Shown in pieces: positions 9,419 to 18,988 of a stretch of 64,000 nt of DNA. Position numbers and translations under genes: made by a program. The notes under the pieces were generated by a model, which was given only the letters and a program-made list of their open reading frames with translations, made no database searches and was not told where the DNA came from. The stretch is from an uncultured Bacteriovoracaceae bacterium (GTDB lineage Bacteria; Bdellovibrionota; Bacteriovoracia; Bacteriovoracales; Bacteriovoracaceae), in the NCBI GenBank assembly GCA_964012805.1, contig CAXGUD010000006.1, forward strand, positions 32,001 to 96,000. The letters are read 5' to 3'. How positions within the stretch are numbered: the first letter of the stretch is position 1; every line of letters begins with the position of its first letter.

Positions 9419-11014
9419 ATGTGCGGAATCATTGGCCTTTTCGAAAAATCATCAGTTTCAAGTCACAACGGTGTTTCACCGAATCATAATAGCGCAAAGA
9501 AATTGGTTAAGGCCCTCAAACTTCTTCAGCATAGGGGGCAAGATGCAGCTGGGCTTCTTTCGTCTCGAATAAAAAACGACCACTTCGTTGTAAAGAAAGG
9601 CCCTGGTTTTGTATCAGAAGTTTTTTCAGGCCTGCCTGAAAAAGATTTTTGTGAGCTCGATGGTCAAATTCTACTAGGTCATACCAGGTATGAAACAGTG
9701 GGAGGCCCTTCAGAGTTAAATATACCACCTTTCCAAGCTGTACATTCTGACACAAATTTTAGCGAAGGTGCGGTTAACAACTCTTCGGAAAAAGAAAAAA
9801 CTCCCTCTATGGGGATTGTTCACAACGGGAATATTGTTAATTATTTTTCTCTTAAAGAAGAGCTGGAAGGGGCTTCCGAAGGACAAAGGACCTTCTTGAA
9901 AGGTCAAAATGATGGTGAATTAATGCTTCGACTCTTTCAATCTTTTTTTATGGAAGAGTCTCATTCTCCCAAAACTTTTAATAGGCGCTCTCCATTTTTG
10001 ATTATCCAAACATGTATGAGACGGCTGTCTGAAAAAGTTGAGGGGGGATATGCACTCCTTCTGATTATTGAGGATGTGGGACTTGTGGCCTTCCGAGATC
10101 CTTATGGAATCAGACCCCTCGTTTATGGAAAGGATAAAAAAGGTCATATTTGTTTTTCTTCTGAAACGATTGCTTTAGAAGGAATAGGTTATCAATTCGA
10201 GAGAGAAGTTAGACCTGGTGAAGTCATTTTTATCGGTTTTAATGGTACCTTCAAGTCGGCCAAACTCGCTTTTAGCGGCTATCAAAAAAAAGATCCTATA
10301 AAAGAAGCGCCCTGCATGTTTGAACGAATTTATTTCGCTTCTTCAAAAAGTCAGGTTCAAGGCGCGTTGGTTAAAAATACCCGGCGTCGTTTAGGAAGGG
10401 TTCTTGCGGAAAAAGTATTGGAAAAGAATAAGTTCTTTGACCATTATGACGCAGTTTCGGCTATCCCGGAAACAGGCCTTGACGCTGCTTATGGAGTGGC
10501 CGAATGTTTAAAACTACCTATGGTTGAAGGCATTCTTAAGGTGCAAAAAAGTGGCAGGACTTTTATTTTACCGGGAAATAAAAGAGGCACTGCTTTAAAA
10601 CAAAAGTTCATTGTCAGGGAATCAGAGATAAAGGGTAAGAGGCTTCTTTTGGTTGATGATAGTTTGGTGAGGGGAGCGACTCTTAAAAGTCTTATCTTTG
10701 AGCTGAAGAAAAAGGGGGCCAAAGAACTCTCTTTGGCATTTTCTTGCCCACCAATACAATTTGGTTGCTTTTATGGAGTTGACTTCCCGGAAAAAAATGA
10801 ATTGCTTGCCAACCAAAAAAGTCATCAAGAAATGACTACTTTTCTTGGTGTAAATGACCTTTTCTTTCTCAACGAAGGTGATTTATTAAATGTTTTCGAT
10901 GGACGTGACCATTGTTTTGGCTGTGTCACAAAAAAATATCCGACTAAGCTCAAAGAGGGGATTGCTTTTGCCCGAAAAAGGACGGCTGAAAAAAGTATTT
11001 TAGGAATAGTTTAG
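9419..11014 (+). CDS. purF: amidophosphoribosyltransferase ([4Fe-4S] type)
   Basis: MCGIIG, LQHRGQDAAG, GHTRY, HNGN, VDDSLVRG; Cys in PCMFE, GCFYG, HCFGC. Confidence 0.95.
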   Translation: MCGIIGLFEKSSVSSHNGVSPNHNSAKKLVKALKLLQHRGQDAAGLLSSRIKNDHFVVKKGPGFVSEVFSGLPEKDFCELDGQILLGHTRYETVGGPSELNIPPFQAVHSDTNFSEGAVNNSSEKEKTPSMGIVHNGNIVNYFSLKEELEGASEGQRTFLKGQNDGELMLRLFQSFFMEESHSPKTFNRRSPFLIIQTCMRRLSEKVEGGYALLLIIEDVGLVAFRDPYGIRPLVYGKDKKGHICFSSETIALEGIGYQFEREVRPGEVIFIGFNGTFKSAKLAFSGYQKKDPIKEAPCMFERIYFASSKSQVQGALVKNTRRRLGRVLAEKVLEKNKFFDHYDAVSAIPETGLDAAYGVAECLKLPMVEGILKVQKSGRTFILPGNKRGTALKQKFIVRESEIKGKRLLLVDDSLVRGATLKSLIFELKKKGAKELSLAFSCPPIQFGCFYGVDFPEKNELLANQKSHQEMTTFLGVNDLFFLNEGDLLNVFDGRDHCFGCVTKKYPTKLKEGIAFARKRTAEKSILGIV

Positions 11015-11077
11015 GTCAAATATATAAAAGTATAGAATATTAAAGCTTTAAATCCAGATCTAAAGGTAGGTGAAAAA

Positions 11078-11809
11078 ATGAAAGGTATTGTGTTGTATGG
11101 AAGTCAAAGTGACAGAGTTTTTTATGAAGAGTGTTTGGAAAAATTAAAACCTCATTCAGAGTTTATTTTTGAAGTTTTGAGTGCCCACAGAGATGCCGAA
11201 AAGTTGCGCTTATTATGTCAAAAAATGGACGCACAATATGTCATTGCTGGAGCTGGATTGTCCGCAGCATTGCCTGGCTGTGTGGCATCGCAAACAAAAG
11301 TTCCTGTTTTTGGAGTACCGCTTCCCTCATGCTTTGGTGGACTTGATGCCTTTTTGACATCGCTACAAATGCCTAAGGGTACGCCAGTAGCAACATGTGC
11401 TCCTTACAACGAAGATTCGATAATAAAATTTATTGAAAACATTGGGGATGATAGATGGGCTAAAGAAACAAGAGTTAATATTTACGTTGATGCTCTTGTA
11501 CAGCCCTATGAGTATGTTGATAAGGTTCTTAAAGATACAATCAATTTATCAGAAAAAGAAAACATCCAATTAGAAATCACCAATAAATATAACCCAGACT
11601 GCTGGAATATCCTATTAGTCCACCAAGAAAAAGAAATTGTCCTAAAGCCAAATTGTTTGCATGTTCCAATGATGAATAAACAGACGGTGGATAATCCAAG
11701 CAGGGCCCTAAGTCTTTTTAGTTTAGCTGGAAATGGAGGACTTTGGTTTGGAGTGAATAACTGCATTAATGCGCTTCGCTGGCTTAAAAGAGGCTTTGAG
11801 TCTTTTTAG
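11078..11809 (+). CDS. purE: PurE (AIR carboxylase / N5-CAIR mutase family) with C-terminal extension
   Basis: GSQSD, SAHR, AGLSAALPG, GGLDA, QMPKGTPVAT. Confidence 0.85.
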   Translation: MKGIVLYGSQSDRVFYEECLEKLKPHSEFIFEVLSAHRDAEKLRLLCQKMDAQYVIAGAGLSAALPGCVASQTKVPVFGVPLPSCFGGLDAFLTSLQMPKGTPVATCAPYNEDSIIKFIENIGDDRWAKETRVNIYVDALVQPYEYVDKVLKDTINLSEKENIQLEITNKYNPDCWNILLVHQEKEIVLKPNCLHVPMMNKQTVDNPSRALSLFSLAGNGGLWFGVNNCINALRWLKRGFESF

Positions 11810-11851
11810 AAAAAAGTTTAGGGCTCTTCTTTTTTATTTGAGGGAGGAAAT

Positions 11852-13162
11852 ATGAGTTTTGTAAGTAATGAAAGTAGCAAGCATTTAAATAAAATGATTC
11901 CAGATGTTTACCGACTTGGCTCCGTAAAGAAAATTAGGGGTGTAGAGGGATGTACTCCTTGGCTTTTTGATTTCTCCGATCATTATTCTCTTTTTGATTG
12001 GGGAAAAATGCCGGATGAGCTTCCCTTAAAAGGGAAGAGTCTTGCTCTTATGAGCCTGGCCATTTATGACTACTTAGAAGACTCTAACTCTTGGGAATCA
12101 TTAGATGATTTTCCTGGTCATATAGACTCGAAGTCGATCACTCATTCTTGTTTAGAGTGGCTGAAGAAAAACGGACTTAAAACACATTTGAAAGGTGCTT
12201 GGAATGAAAAAGGGCCTATCAATCTTAAAAATAATAAAGAGTGGGAAAGGTTAGAAACCAAAGGTCCTCTTTATTTGGATTTTACTCCTTTTAAAGTTCA
12301 AAAACCGAAATGGAGTGATGACTTAAGTTTCTGGGATTACTCTTGTTTTAAAAAACCTCAATTAAAAGGTTTCGTTCCTTTGGAAGTTGTTTTTCGTTTT
12401 GGCCTTCCTGAAGGAAGCTCGTTTCGAAAAAGAATCAAAGATAGACCTTACTTGGAGGAGGTTTTACAAACTCTTCCCGAGTCTTATTCAAATAAATTTA
12501 TGGAAGATCTATGTAATGGCCAATATGATAATGGGCTTTGGGACTTTCCAATTATAGAGTTTTCGACCAAGTGGGAGCCTGAAGACCGTTTTGTAACCTA
12601 CGGAGAAGCCCAAGAGATATCAGGTCTAAGTGATGGAGAATGGGCGGCTTTTATCGAGTGGAACCGGCTTGTGGCCATTAAATTGCGTTCCTTTTTTAAA
12701 AAAATTGACCTTGTGCTTTGGGATGGGAAATGTGAGTGGGGGGCCACAAACGAGGAAGGGCCATTTCCTGGTCAAAGGAATTTTGTTTTGGCCGACAGTT
12801 TGGGACCTGATGAGCTCCGTTTGACTTATAAGGGGAAATCCCTTTCTAAAGAAATTTTAAGAACTTCTTATAGAAAAACAAAATGGGCCAAGTATGTGTC
12901 ATTGGCCAAAGAAGAATCAAGGTCGAAAGGACTGAAGGATTGGAAAGACTATTTTTATAAATCTAATTTTCCAGTGAATTCAGAACCACCTTCTTTAGAG
13001 AAAGAGCATAAAAATGTTTTTTCAATGATTTATCAGACTTTATCTAATCATGTTTGTAAACAAGTCTATCAAAAAGTGCCTTTCCCTGAAGCCATGGCTT
13101 TAGATGATTTAGTAAGGGCCATATCAAGCCTGGAGTCTAATAAGTCGGAGGGGGATGAGTGA
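11852..13162 (+). CDS. purC: SAICAR synthetase, long form
   Basis: GSVK, FSDHYSLFDWG, PLEVVFR, FSTKWE, DGKCEW, ADSLGPDELR, SKEILR. Confidence 0.88.
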   Translation: MSFVSNESSKHLNKMIPDVYRLGSVKKIRGVEGCTPWLFDFSDHYSLFDWGKMPDELPLKGKSLALMSLAIYDYLEDSNSWESLDDFPGHIDSKSITHSCLEWLKKNGLKTHLKGAWNEKGPINLKNNKEWERLETKGPLYLDFTPFKVQKPKWSDDLSFWDYSCFKKPQLKGFVPLEVVFRFGLPEGSSFRKRIKDRPYLEEVLQTLPESYSNKFMEDLCNGQYDNGLWDFPIIEFSTKWEPEDRFVTYGEAQEISGLSDGEWAAFIEWNRLVAIKLRSFFKKIDLVLWDGKCEWGATNEEGPFPGQRNFVLADSLGPDELRLTYKGKSLSKEILRTSYRKTKWAKYVSLAKEESRSKGLKDWKDYFYKSNFPVNSEPPSLEKEHKNVFSMIYQTLSNHVCKQVYQKVPFPEAMALDDLVRAISSLESNKSEGDE

Positions 13163-14514
13163 GCTCTTTAAATAAAATAATAATTATTGGCTCTGGTGGG
13201 AGAGAGCAGGCGATGGCCTTTAAGTTGGCCCAATCAAGTGAAGTCAGCTTAATTTATGTATGTCCTGATCCAAAAACACCCTTTCCTTCGGAGAAAATAA
13301 AAGGGCTGGATTTGAATCCAAATCATTTTGAGGAATTAGGTCATTATGCCTTGGAAGAGGAAATAGACCTTGTTGTTGTTGGTCCAGAAGTTCCCCTTGT
13401 AAATGGTGTTGTCGACTTTTTGGAAAGGAAAGGCATTTCTGTTTTGGGGCCCTCAAAAGAGGGGGCTAAGTTAGAGGGGTCAAAGCATTTTTCTAAACAG
13501 CTAATGAAAGAATCTGAAATCCCAACTGCAAAATTTAAGAATGCCTCTTCTTACGAAGAAGGACTTGAGTACCTTGAGAAGGTCAATGAATCGGGCTTGG
13601 TTGATTTAGGTGTTGTTATTAAGGCCGACAAATTAGCGGCAGGGAAAGGGGTATTTCTTTGTAACTCAGAAAATGAGGCCAGGGATGTCCTTTTTAAAAT
13701 TATGAAAGATGAGTCCTTTGTAATTAAGGATAATAAAGTCGTTATCGAGGAAAAACTTTTTGGAAAAGAAATTTCAGCCTTCGCTCTTTGCGATGGCGAC
13801 TCCTTTTTAACTCTTGGGTTTGCAAGGGATTACAAGAGGTTGAAAGATTGTGATGAGGGACCCAATACAGGCGGAATGGGAGGCTTCTCTAACCCTGAAC
13901 TTGTAAATGAGATCCTTCAAAAGGAAATTGAGGAAAACGTTTTTTCTAAAACCTTAAACTCGTTGAAAAGTCGTGGAATTCATTACAAAGGAATTCTGTT
14001 TGCGGGCCTTATGATAGACCCAAGTGGTGTGGTTAATGTTCTTGAGTTTAATGTTAGGATGGGAGATCCAGAAGCTCAAATCCTCCTACCCCTTGTGAAA
14101 GAAGATTTATTTCCTCTTTTTAAGGCCGCTGCAGATGGTGAATTGTTAGAGCTTATAAAAAGAAGACCTCCATCTTTAAAAAATAAAGTTCACATGAAAA
14201 GTGAGAGCTCTGTTCATGTTGTTATGGTTTCAGAAGGTTACCCTATTTTAGAAAAGGGAAGAAACATGAAGCTAGAACAGCCTATCAGCTTTCCTCAAGT
14301 CAATCAGAGAAAAGAGGCCTTAACTTATTGCTTTTTAAGTGGTGCTATGAAGGAAAATGAAGGGAATAGACTTTTAAATAGTAGTGGTCGAGTTTTGGGA
14401 ATCACAGGTCTTGGGTTAAACCTTAAAGAAGCTCGCGAAAGGGCCTATGAAAGAGTTCACCAAACTAATTTTGAAGGGGCTCACTATAGAAGTGATATTG
14501 CGCTTAATCTTTGA
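13159..14514 (+). CDS. purD: phosphoribosylamine-glycine ligase
   Basis: GSGGRE, VVGPE, LEGSK, KADKLAAGKGV, GPNTGGMG, EFNVRMGDPE. Confidence 0.96.
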   Translation: MSSLNKIIIIGSGGREQAMAFKLAQSSEVSLIYVCPDPKTPFPSEKIKGLDLNPNHFEELGHYALEEEIDLVVVGPEVPLVNGVVDFLERKGISVLGPSKEGAKLEGSKHFSKQLMKESEIPTAKFKNASSYEEGLEYLEKVNESGLVDLGVVIKADKLAAGKGVFLCNSENEARDVLFKIMKDESFVIKDNKVVIEEKLFGKEISAFALCDGDSFLTLGFARDYKRLKDCDEGPNTGGMGGFSNPELVNEILQKEIEENVFSKTLNSLKSRGIHYKGILFAGLMIDPSGVVNVLEFNVRMGDPEAQILLPLVKEDLFPLFKAAADGELLELIKRRPPSLKNKVHMKSESSVHVVMVSEGYPILEKGRNMKLEQPISFPQVNQRKEALTYCFLSGAMKENEGNRLLNSSGRVLGITGLGLNLKEARERAYERVHQTNFEGAHYRSDIALNL

Positions 14515-14534
14515 GAAGGTCATTGGGAAAAAAA

Positions 14535-15122
14535 ATGAAAGCCGTTATTCTAGCGAGTGGAGAGGGAACAAATGCTGAAAATATTGTTTCCTTTTTCCAA
14601 AATAAAAAGGAATGTCTTGAAGTCCTAGGAATCATTAGTGATAAGGCGGGTTCTGGAGTCCTTGAGAGGGCAAAAGGTTGGGATATTCCAACGGCACTTA
14701 TTGAAAAAAAATCAATGAAAAGGTCAATGCATGAAAGAGAAATATACCGCCAGGTAAAGGAGTGGGGAGGTCATTGGCTCCTTCTGGCAGGGTACATGAG
14801 AATACTAGGGCCACATTTTATTTCCAGATTTTACGATGAAAAAAGAGGCCATTCGAGAATAATTAACATTCACCCCTCTTTGCTACCATCTTTCAGAGGC
14901 TTAAGGGCCTATGAGAGGGCCTTTGAGGCGAAGGCCCCTTTTTCGGGAGTAAGCGTTCATTTTGTTGATGAGGGAATGGACACCGGTCAGCTTATCCTTC
15001 AAAAAAAATTCAACCGCCTTCAAGAAGACAGCTTTGAAGATTTTAAAAAGAGGGGACAGCACTTAGAGCATATTGCTTATATTGAGGCCATATTTAAAGT
15101 ACTTAAAGGGGATTACAGGTGA
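14535..15122 (+). CDS. purN: phosphoribosylglycinamide formyltransferase
   Basis: ASGEGTN, LAGYMRIL, NIHPSLLP, VHFVDEGMDTG; ATG 14535 preferred as start. Confidence 0.95.
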   Translation: MKAVILASGEGTNAENIVSFFQNKKECLEVLGIISDKAGSGVLERAKGWDIPTALIEKKSMKRSMHEREIYRQVKEWGGHWLLLAGYMRILGPHFISRFYDEKRGHSRIINIHPSLLPSFRGLRAYERAFEAKAPFSGVSVHFVDEGMDTGQLILQKKFNRLQEDSFEDFKKRGQHLEHIAYIEAIFKVLKGDYR

Positions 15123-18100
15123 GTTTATTACGCTTAGAAATTAAGCCTATTGAGGAAACTATCCTTGGTGAAAATGGTTTTCTGTATGAAGAAATTCCTT
15201 TCTATATTTTAGATTTACCTAGCAATGCTCTTCCTTCATTGGCTAACCTTGAAGAGGTTTTTGGAGACCCCGTTCTTAACGATGTTTATATCGATGACTA
15301 TGATCATTTTTGGGACAAGAAAAAGCCGAAATGGGTTATTGAAGTTAGTTTCAAACCTGGAGTAACTGATAACAGAGGGTTATGTGCCAAAGAAGCCTTA
15401 AACCTCTCTAGCCTATCTTGCTCTTTTGCCAAAAGTGGGACTCTTTATTTTTTCTTTGAAGACCATAAGGAATTAAAAGAATATGCAAACCCACTAATTC
15501 AAAAGGCTGAGCTTTTTTCCTATGAAGACTTTAAAAAAAGAAGCAGATTCCAACATATTGAAAAAATTGATGAAGTCAATTTTGAAGACCTAAATTCAGA
15601 AGTCGAGGTTATTTCTTTAGACAGACCCTTAGAGGAACTGGTTAAGTTAAGCGAAGAGAGGTGCTTGGCCTTAAACGTTAATGAAATGAGTTTTTTGAAA
15701 GATTATTTTAATAAAAAAGACGTTTTTGAAGAACGCAAGGCCCAGGGATTACCAAAAAACCCAACAGATGTGGAGCTAGAAATATTGGCGCAAAGTTGGA
15801 GTGAACATTGTAAGCACAAAATCTTTAAGGCCACTATAAAATATAAAGAAGATTTAAGTAGTTATGAAGATTCTAACTCTGAACACCCTTTCAAGAAGCT
15901 TGGAAACCAAAAAATTGAAGGTGTTTATCAAAGTTTTATCCAAAAGAGTACCAAAGATATCATAGAGGAAAGGGGAATTACATGGGCAAAATCGGTTTTT
16001 AAGGATAATGCTGGAATCGTAAGCTTTGAAAATAAGGTAGACCTTTGCTTTAAAGTTGAGACTCATAATTCGCCATCAGCTTTGGACCCTTATGGAGGAG
16101 CTTTAACAGGTATCCTCGGAGTCAACCGTGACATTTTAGGTGCAGGCTTAGGGTCTAGGCCCATCGGAAATACAAATGTTTTTTGTCTTGGACTTCCGCA
16201 TTCGCTAAGTTCATCTGAAAAAAAGAAGGCGCCTAAAGGTCTGCTTCATCCAAGGTCAATTCTAAAAGGTGTCCACAAAGGTGTCATGGATGGCGGTAAT
16301 AAAAGTGGAATTCCCACAGTTAACGGGGCCATACACTTTGACAGGGATTACGCTGGTAAACCCCTTGTTTTTTGTGGAACAGTTGGTGTTTTGCCAAAGG
16401 TTTTAGCTGATGGAAGGGATACTTCACTTAAAGAAACCCAAGTTGGCGATAGAATTTTTATGGTTGGAGGTGCAATTGGTAAAGATGGTCTTCATGGAGC
16501 CACTTTTAGTTCTCTTGAGTTAAACGAGAGCTCCCCAACAAGCGCTGTTCAAATTGGAGACCCTCTTACCCAAAAAAGAGTAACCGATTTTCTTTTAAAA
16601 GCTAGAGACTTAGGTCTTTACTCATCACTTACGGATAATGGAGCTGGAGGTTTGAGTTCTAGTGTTGGTGAAATGGCTGAATTCACTGGTGGGGCGACTT
16701 TGGATTTATCAAAGTGCCCTGTGAAATACGAAGGACTTAAAGCTTGGGAACTGATGATTTCCGAAAGTCAGGAAAGAATGACTTTTGCTGTACCCCCTTC
16801 TAAATCCCTTGCTTTCAAGGATTTGGGAAAAAAATATGGGGTATCCGTAACAGATATTGGTTACTTTCATGATAAAGGGGCTTTGGAAGTTTTTCATTTA
16901 AAAGAGCGTGTTGCTTTTTTAGACCTCCGACTTATACATGACTTACTACCCCCAATGAAATTAGAGGCCTTATGGAAGGGCCCAAGAAAAAGAAATGAGT
17001 GGTGGAAAGACCCTAATGAGGCTAGTCAGAAACAATTTTTTGAAGAGGAAAAAGTCGAGGATATTCTTCTTAAGCTTCTTTCTTCTCCTAATATTGTTTC
17101 GAAAGAAAAGTGGGTTAGGCAGTATGATCATGAAGTGCTTGGCGCCAGTCATATTAAACCTTTTGTTGGAAAAAAAGGAGACGGCCCTAGTGATAGTTCC
17201 TCTTTATGGCTTTACCCGCATGGCGGCGAGGAAAGCTCAGTTATTCAGATAGGTTGCGGTCTTGCACCTAAGTTAAGTCTTTGGGACCCTTATGTGATGG
17301 CCCAATATGCAGTCGATGAAGCCGTTAGAAATGTGGTGGCCCATGGTGGGAATATTGATCAATGTGCATTATTAGATAATTTTTGTTGGCCTGACCCGGT
17401 TGTATCAGAGAAAAACCAAGAAGGTCTTTTCAGGTGCGGTGACCTTGTAAGGGCTTCACATGGACTTTATGACATCACAGTTACTTATGGCACTCCATTG
17501 GTAAGCGGTAAAGACAGCATGAAAAATGATTTTAGAGGTCTTAATGCTTCAGGTGAACCTTTAAAAATTAGTGTATTACCAACACTCTTAGTAACTGCTT
17601 TTTCAAAATCAACTTTAGAGCATACAGTGACAAGTGATTTTAAAAACCAAGGTGATCTTATTTATTTGCTTGGAGATCATGGACAAGGATTGGCGGGAAG
17701 TGAAGTCTCGGACTTCTTTATCTTTGAGGATCAAGAAGCTCAGAAAAAAATGGAAAAACTGCCATCTATAAACCTTATAAAAAATAAAGTTTTATACCGT
17801 GCTATTTACAAAGCTTTAGGTAGAGGCTTAATTGAATCTTGTCATGATATTTCGGAAGGAGGGCTTGCCGTGGCCCTCGTTGAGTCTGCCATTGGTGGCC
17901 GTTTAGGTTTTACCCTGGATGAGGTGGAATGGCTTGGCCTAAGCAACTTGATTGGGAAGCTCTTTGGTGAGGGTCCTGGGCGGTTTGTGGTTAGCATTGC
18001 AAAGGAAAACGAAAAAGAGTTCTTAAGTGTATTCAAGGAATTACCTCATTCTAAACTTGGAACAGTAAGCTCCTTACCCCAGGTAATTTTCAAAAATGGA

Positions 18101-18163
18101 CATAAAGTCGTTTTAAATCAACATTTAGATAAGATGATTGAGGCCTATAAAAAGGGAGTCTAA
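15119..18163 (+). CDS. purL: FGAM synthase subunit PurL (about 1000 aa, N-terminal PurS-like region)
   Basis: QSWSEHCKH, KVETHNSPS, DNGAGG, SESQERM, QYDHEV, SGKDSM, HDISEGG. Confidence 0.95.
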   Translation: MSLLRLEIKPIEETILGENGFLYEEIPFYILDLPSNALPSLANLEEVFGDPVLNDVYIDDYDHFWDKKKPKWVIEVSFKPGVTDNRGLCAKEALNLSSLSCSFAKSGTLYFFFEDHKELKEYANPLIQKAELFSYEDFKKRSRFQHIEKIDEVNFEDLNSEVEVISLDRPLEELVKLSEERCLALNVNEMSFLKDYFNKKDVFEERKAQGLPKNPTDVELEILAQSWSEHCKHKIFKATIKYKEDLSSYEDSNSEHPFKKLGNQKIEGVYQSFIQKSTKDIIEERGITWAKSVFKDNAGIVSFENKVDLCFKVETHNSPSALDPYGGALTGILGVNRDILGAGLGSRPIGNTNVFCLGLPHSLSSSEKKKAPKGLLHPRSILKGVHKGVMDGGNKSGIPTVNGAIHFDRDYAGKPLVFCGTVGVLPKVLADGRDTSLKETQVGDRIFMVGGAIGKDGLHGATFSSLELNESSPTSAVQIGDPLTQKRVTDFLLKARDLGLYSSLTDNGAGGLSSSVGEMAEFTGGATLDLSKCPVKYEGLKAWELMISESQERMTFAVPPSKSLAFKDLGKKYGVSVTDIGYFHDKGALEVFHLKERVAFLDLRLIHDLLPPMKLEALWKGPRKRNEWWKDPNEASQKQFFEEEKVEDILLKLLSSPNIVSKEKWVRQYDHEVLGASHIKPFVGKKGDGPSDSSSLWLYPHGGEESSVIQIGCGLAPKLSLWDPYVMAQYAVDEAVRNVVAHGGNIDQCALLDNFCWPDPVVSEKNQEGLFRCGDLVRASHGLYDITVTYGTPLVSGKDSMKNDFRGLNASGEPLKISVLPTLLVTAFSKSTLEHTVTSDFKNQGDLIYLLGDHGQGLAGSEVSDFFIFEDQEAQKKMEKLPSINLIKNKVLYRAIYKALGRGLIESCHDISEGGLAVALVESAIGGRLGFTLDEVEWLGLSNLIGKLFGEGPGRFVVSIAKENEKEFLSVFKELPHSKLGTVSSLPQVIFKNGHKVVLNQHLDKMIEAYKKGV

Positions 18164-18166
18164 GTC

Positions 18167-18985
18167 GTGAATCCTTTGATTAATTATAAAAAGAAACCTC
18201 ATTTTCTTGTTTTAGCAGGTGATGGTATTAACTGTGAACAAGAGACCAAACTTGGCTTTGAAAAAGCCAAGGCAAAAACAACCATTATCCATATAAACGA
18301 ACTTTTGGATAGACCGAAATTGCTTAGAGATTACCAAGGGTTGGCCTTTCCAGGAGGCTTTAGTTTTGGAGATGACTTGGGAAGCGGCCAGGTCTTGGCA
18401 CTTAAATGTAAGCGGGGTCTTAAAGACGAACTAAACCTTTTTGTTGAAAAGGAAAGCCCTATAATTGGAATTTGTAATGGCTTTCAAACGTTATTGAAAT
18501 TGGGGCTTCTTCCTTTCCCAGGAGAAAAAAGGGAAGTGGGCTTGGCCCCTAATAGAGAGGGAACCTTTCAAAATTATTGGGTTAAGCTTAAAGCACCTCC
18601 TTCTAAGAGTGTTTGTCATTGGACAGAAGGTATTTTTGAAGGAGGTGAATCTTGTGAATTTGAACTGCCCTTGCGAAATAGAGAAGGTCGGATAACGCTT
18701 AAAAAAGGTTCTGAGGATAAAATTTATAATAAACTTTTAAAAAATGGCCAAATACCTCTCCAGTATTCTGATCAATTAAGACCACTTGCCAAGTTTCAGC
18801 ATGAAAGTATAGCTGGTTTATGTGATCCGAAGGGGCTTATTTTTGGACTTATGCCTCATCCTGAAGCTTCTCTTTTTGAGGCGACACATAGAATTCATTA
18901 TAAAAACAGGTGTAAAGACCCAGACCAAAAGGCTTGGGGTCAGAAAATATTTGATAATATTGTAGGTCATCTTAAAAGGAGCTAA
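18167..18985 (+). CDS. purQ: FGAM synthase glutaminase subunit
   Basis: GINCE, PGGFSFGD, GICNGFQ, MPHPE. Confidence 0.93.
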   Translation: MNPLINYKKKPHFLVLAGDGINCEQETKLGFEKAKAKTTIIHINELLDRPKLLRDYQGLAFPGGFSFGDDLGSGQVLALKCKRGLKDELNLFVEKESPIIGICNGFQTLLKLGLLPFPGEKREVGLAPNREGTFQNYWVKLKAPPSKSVCHWTEGIFEGGESCEFELPLRNREGRITLKKGSEDKIYNKLLKNGQIPLQYSDQLRPLAKFQHESIAGLCDPKGLIFGLMPHPEASLFEATHRIHYKNRCKDPDQKAWGQKIFDNIVGHLKRS

Positions 18986-18988
18986 TTT

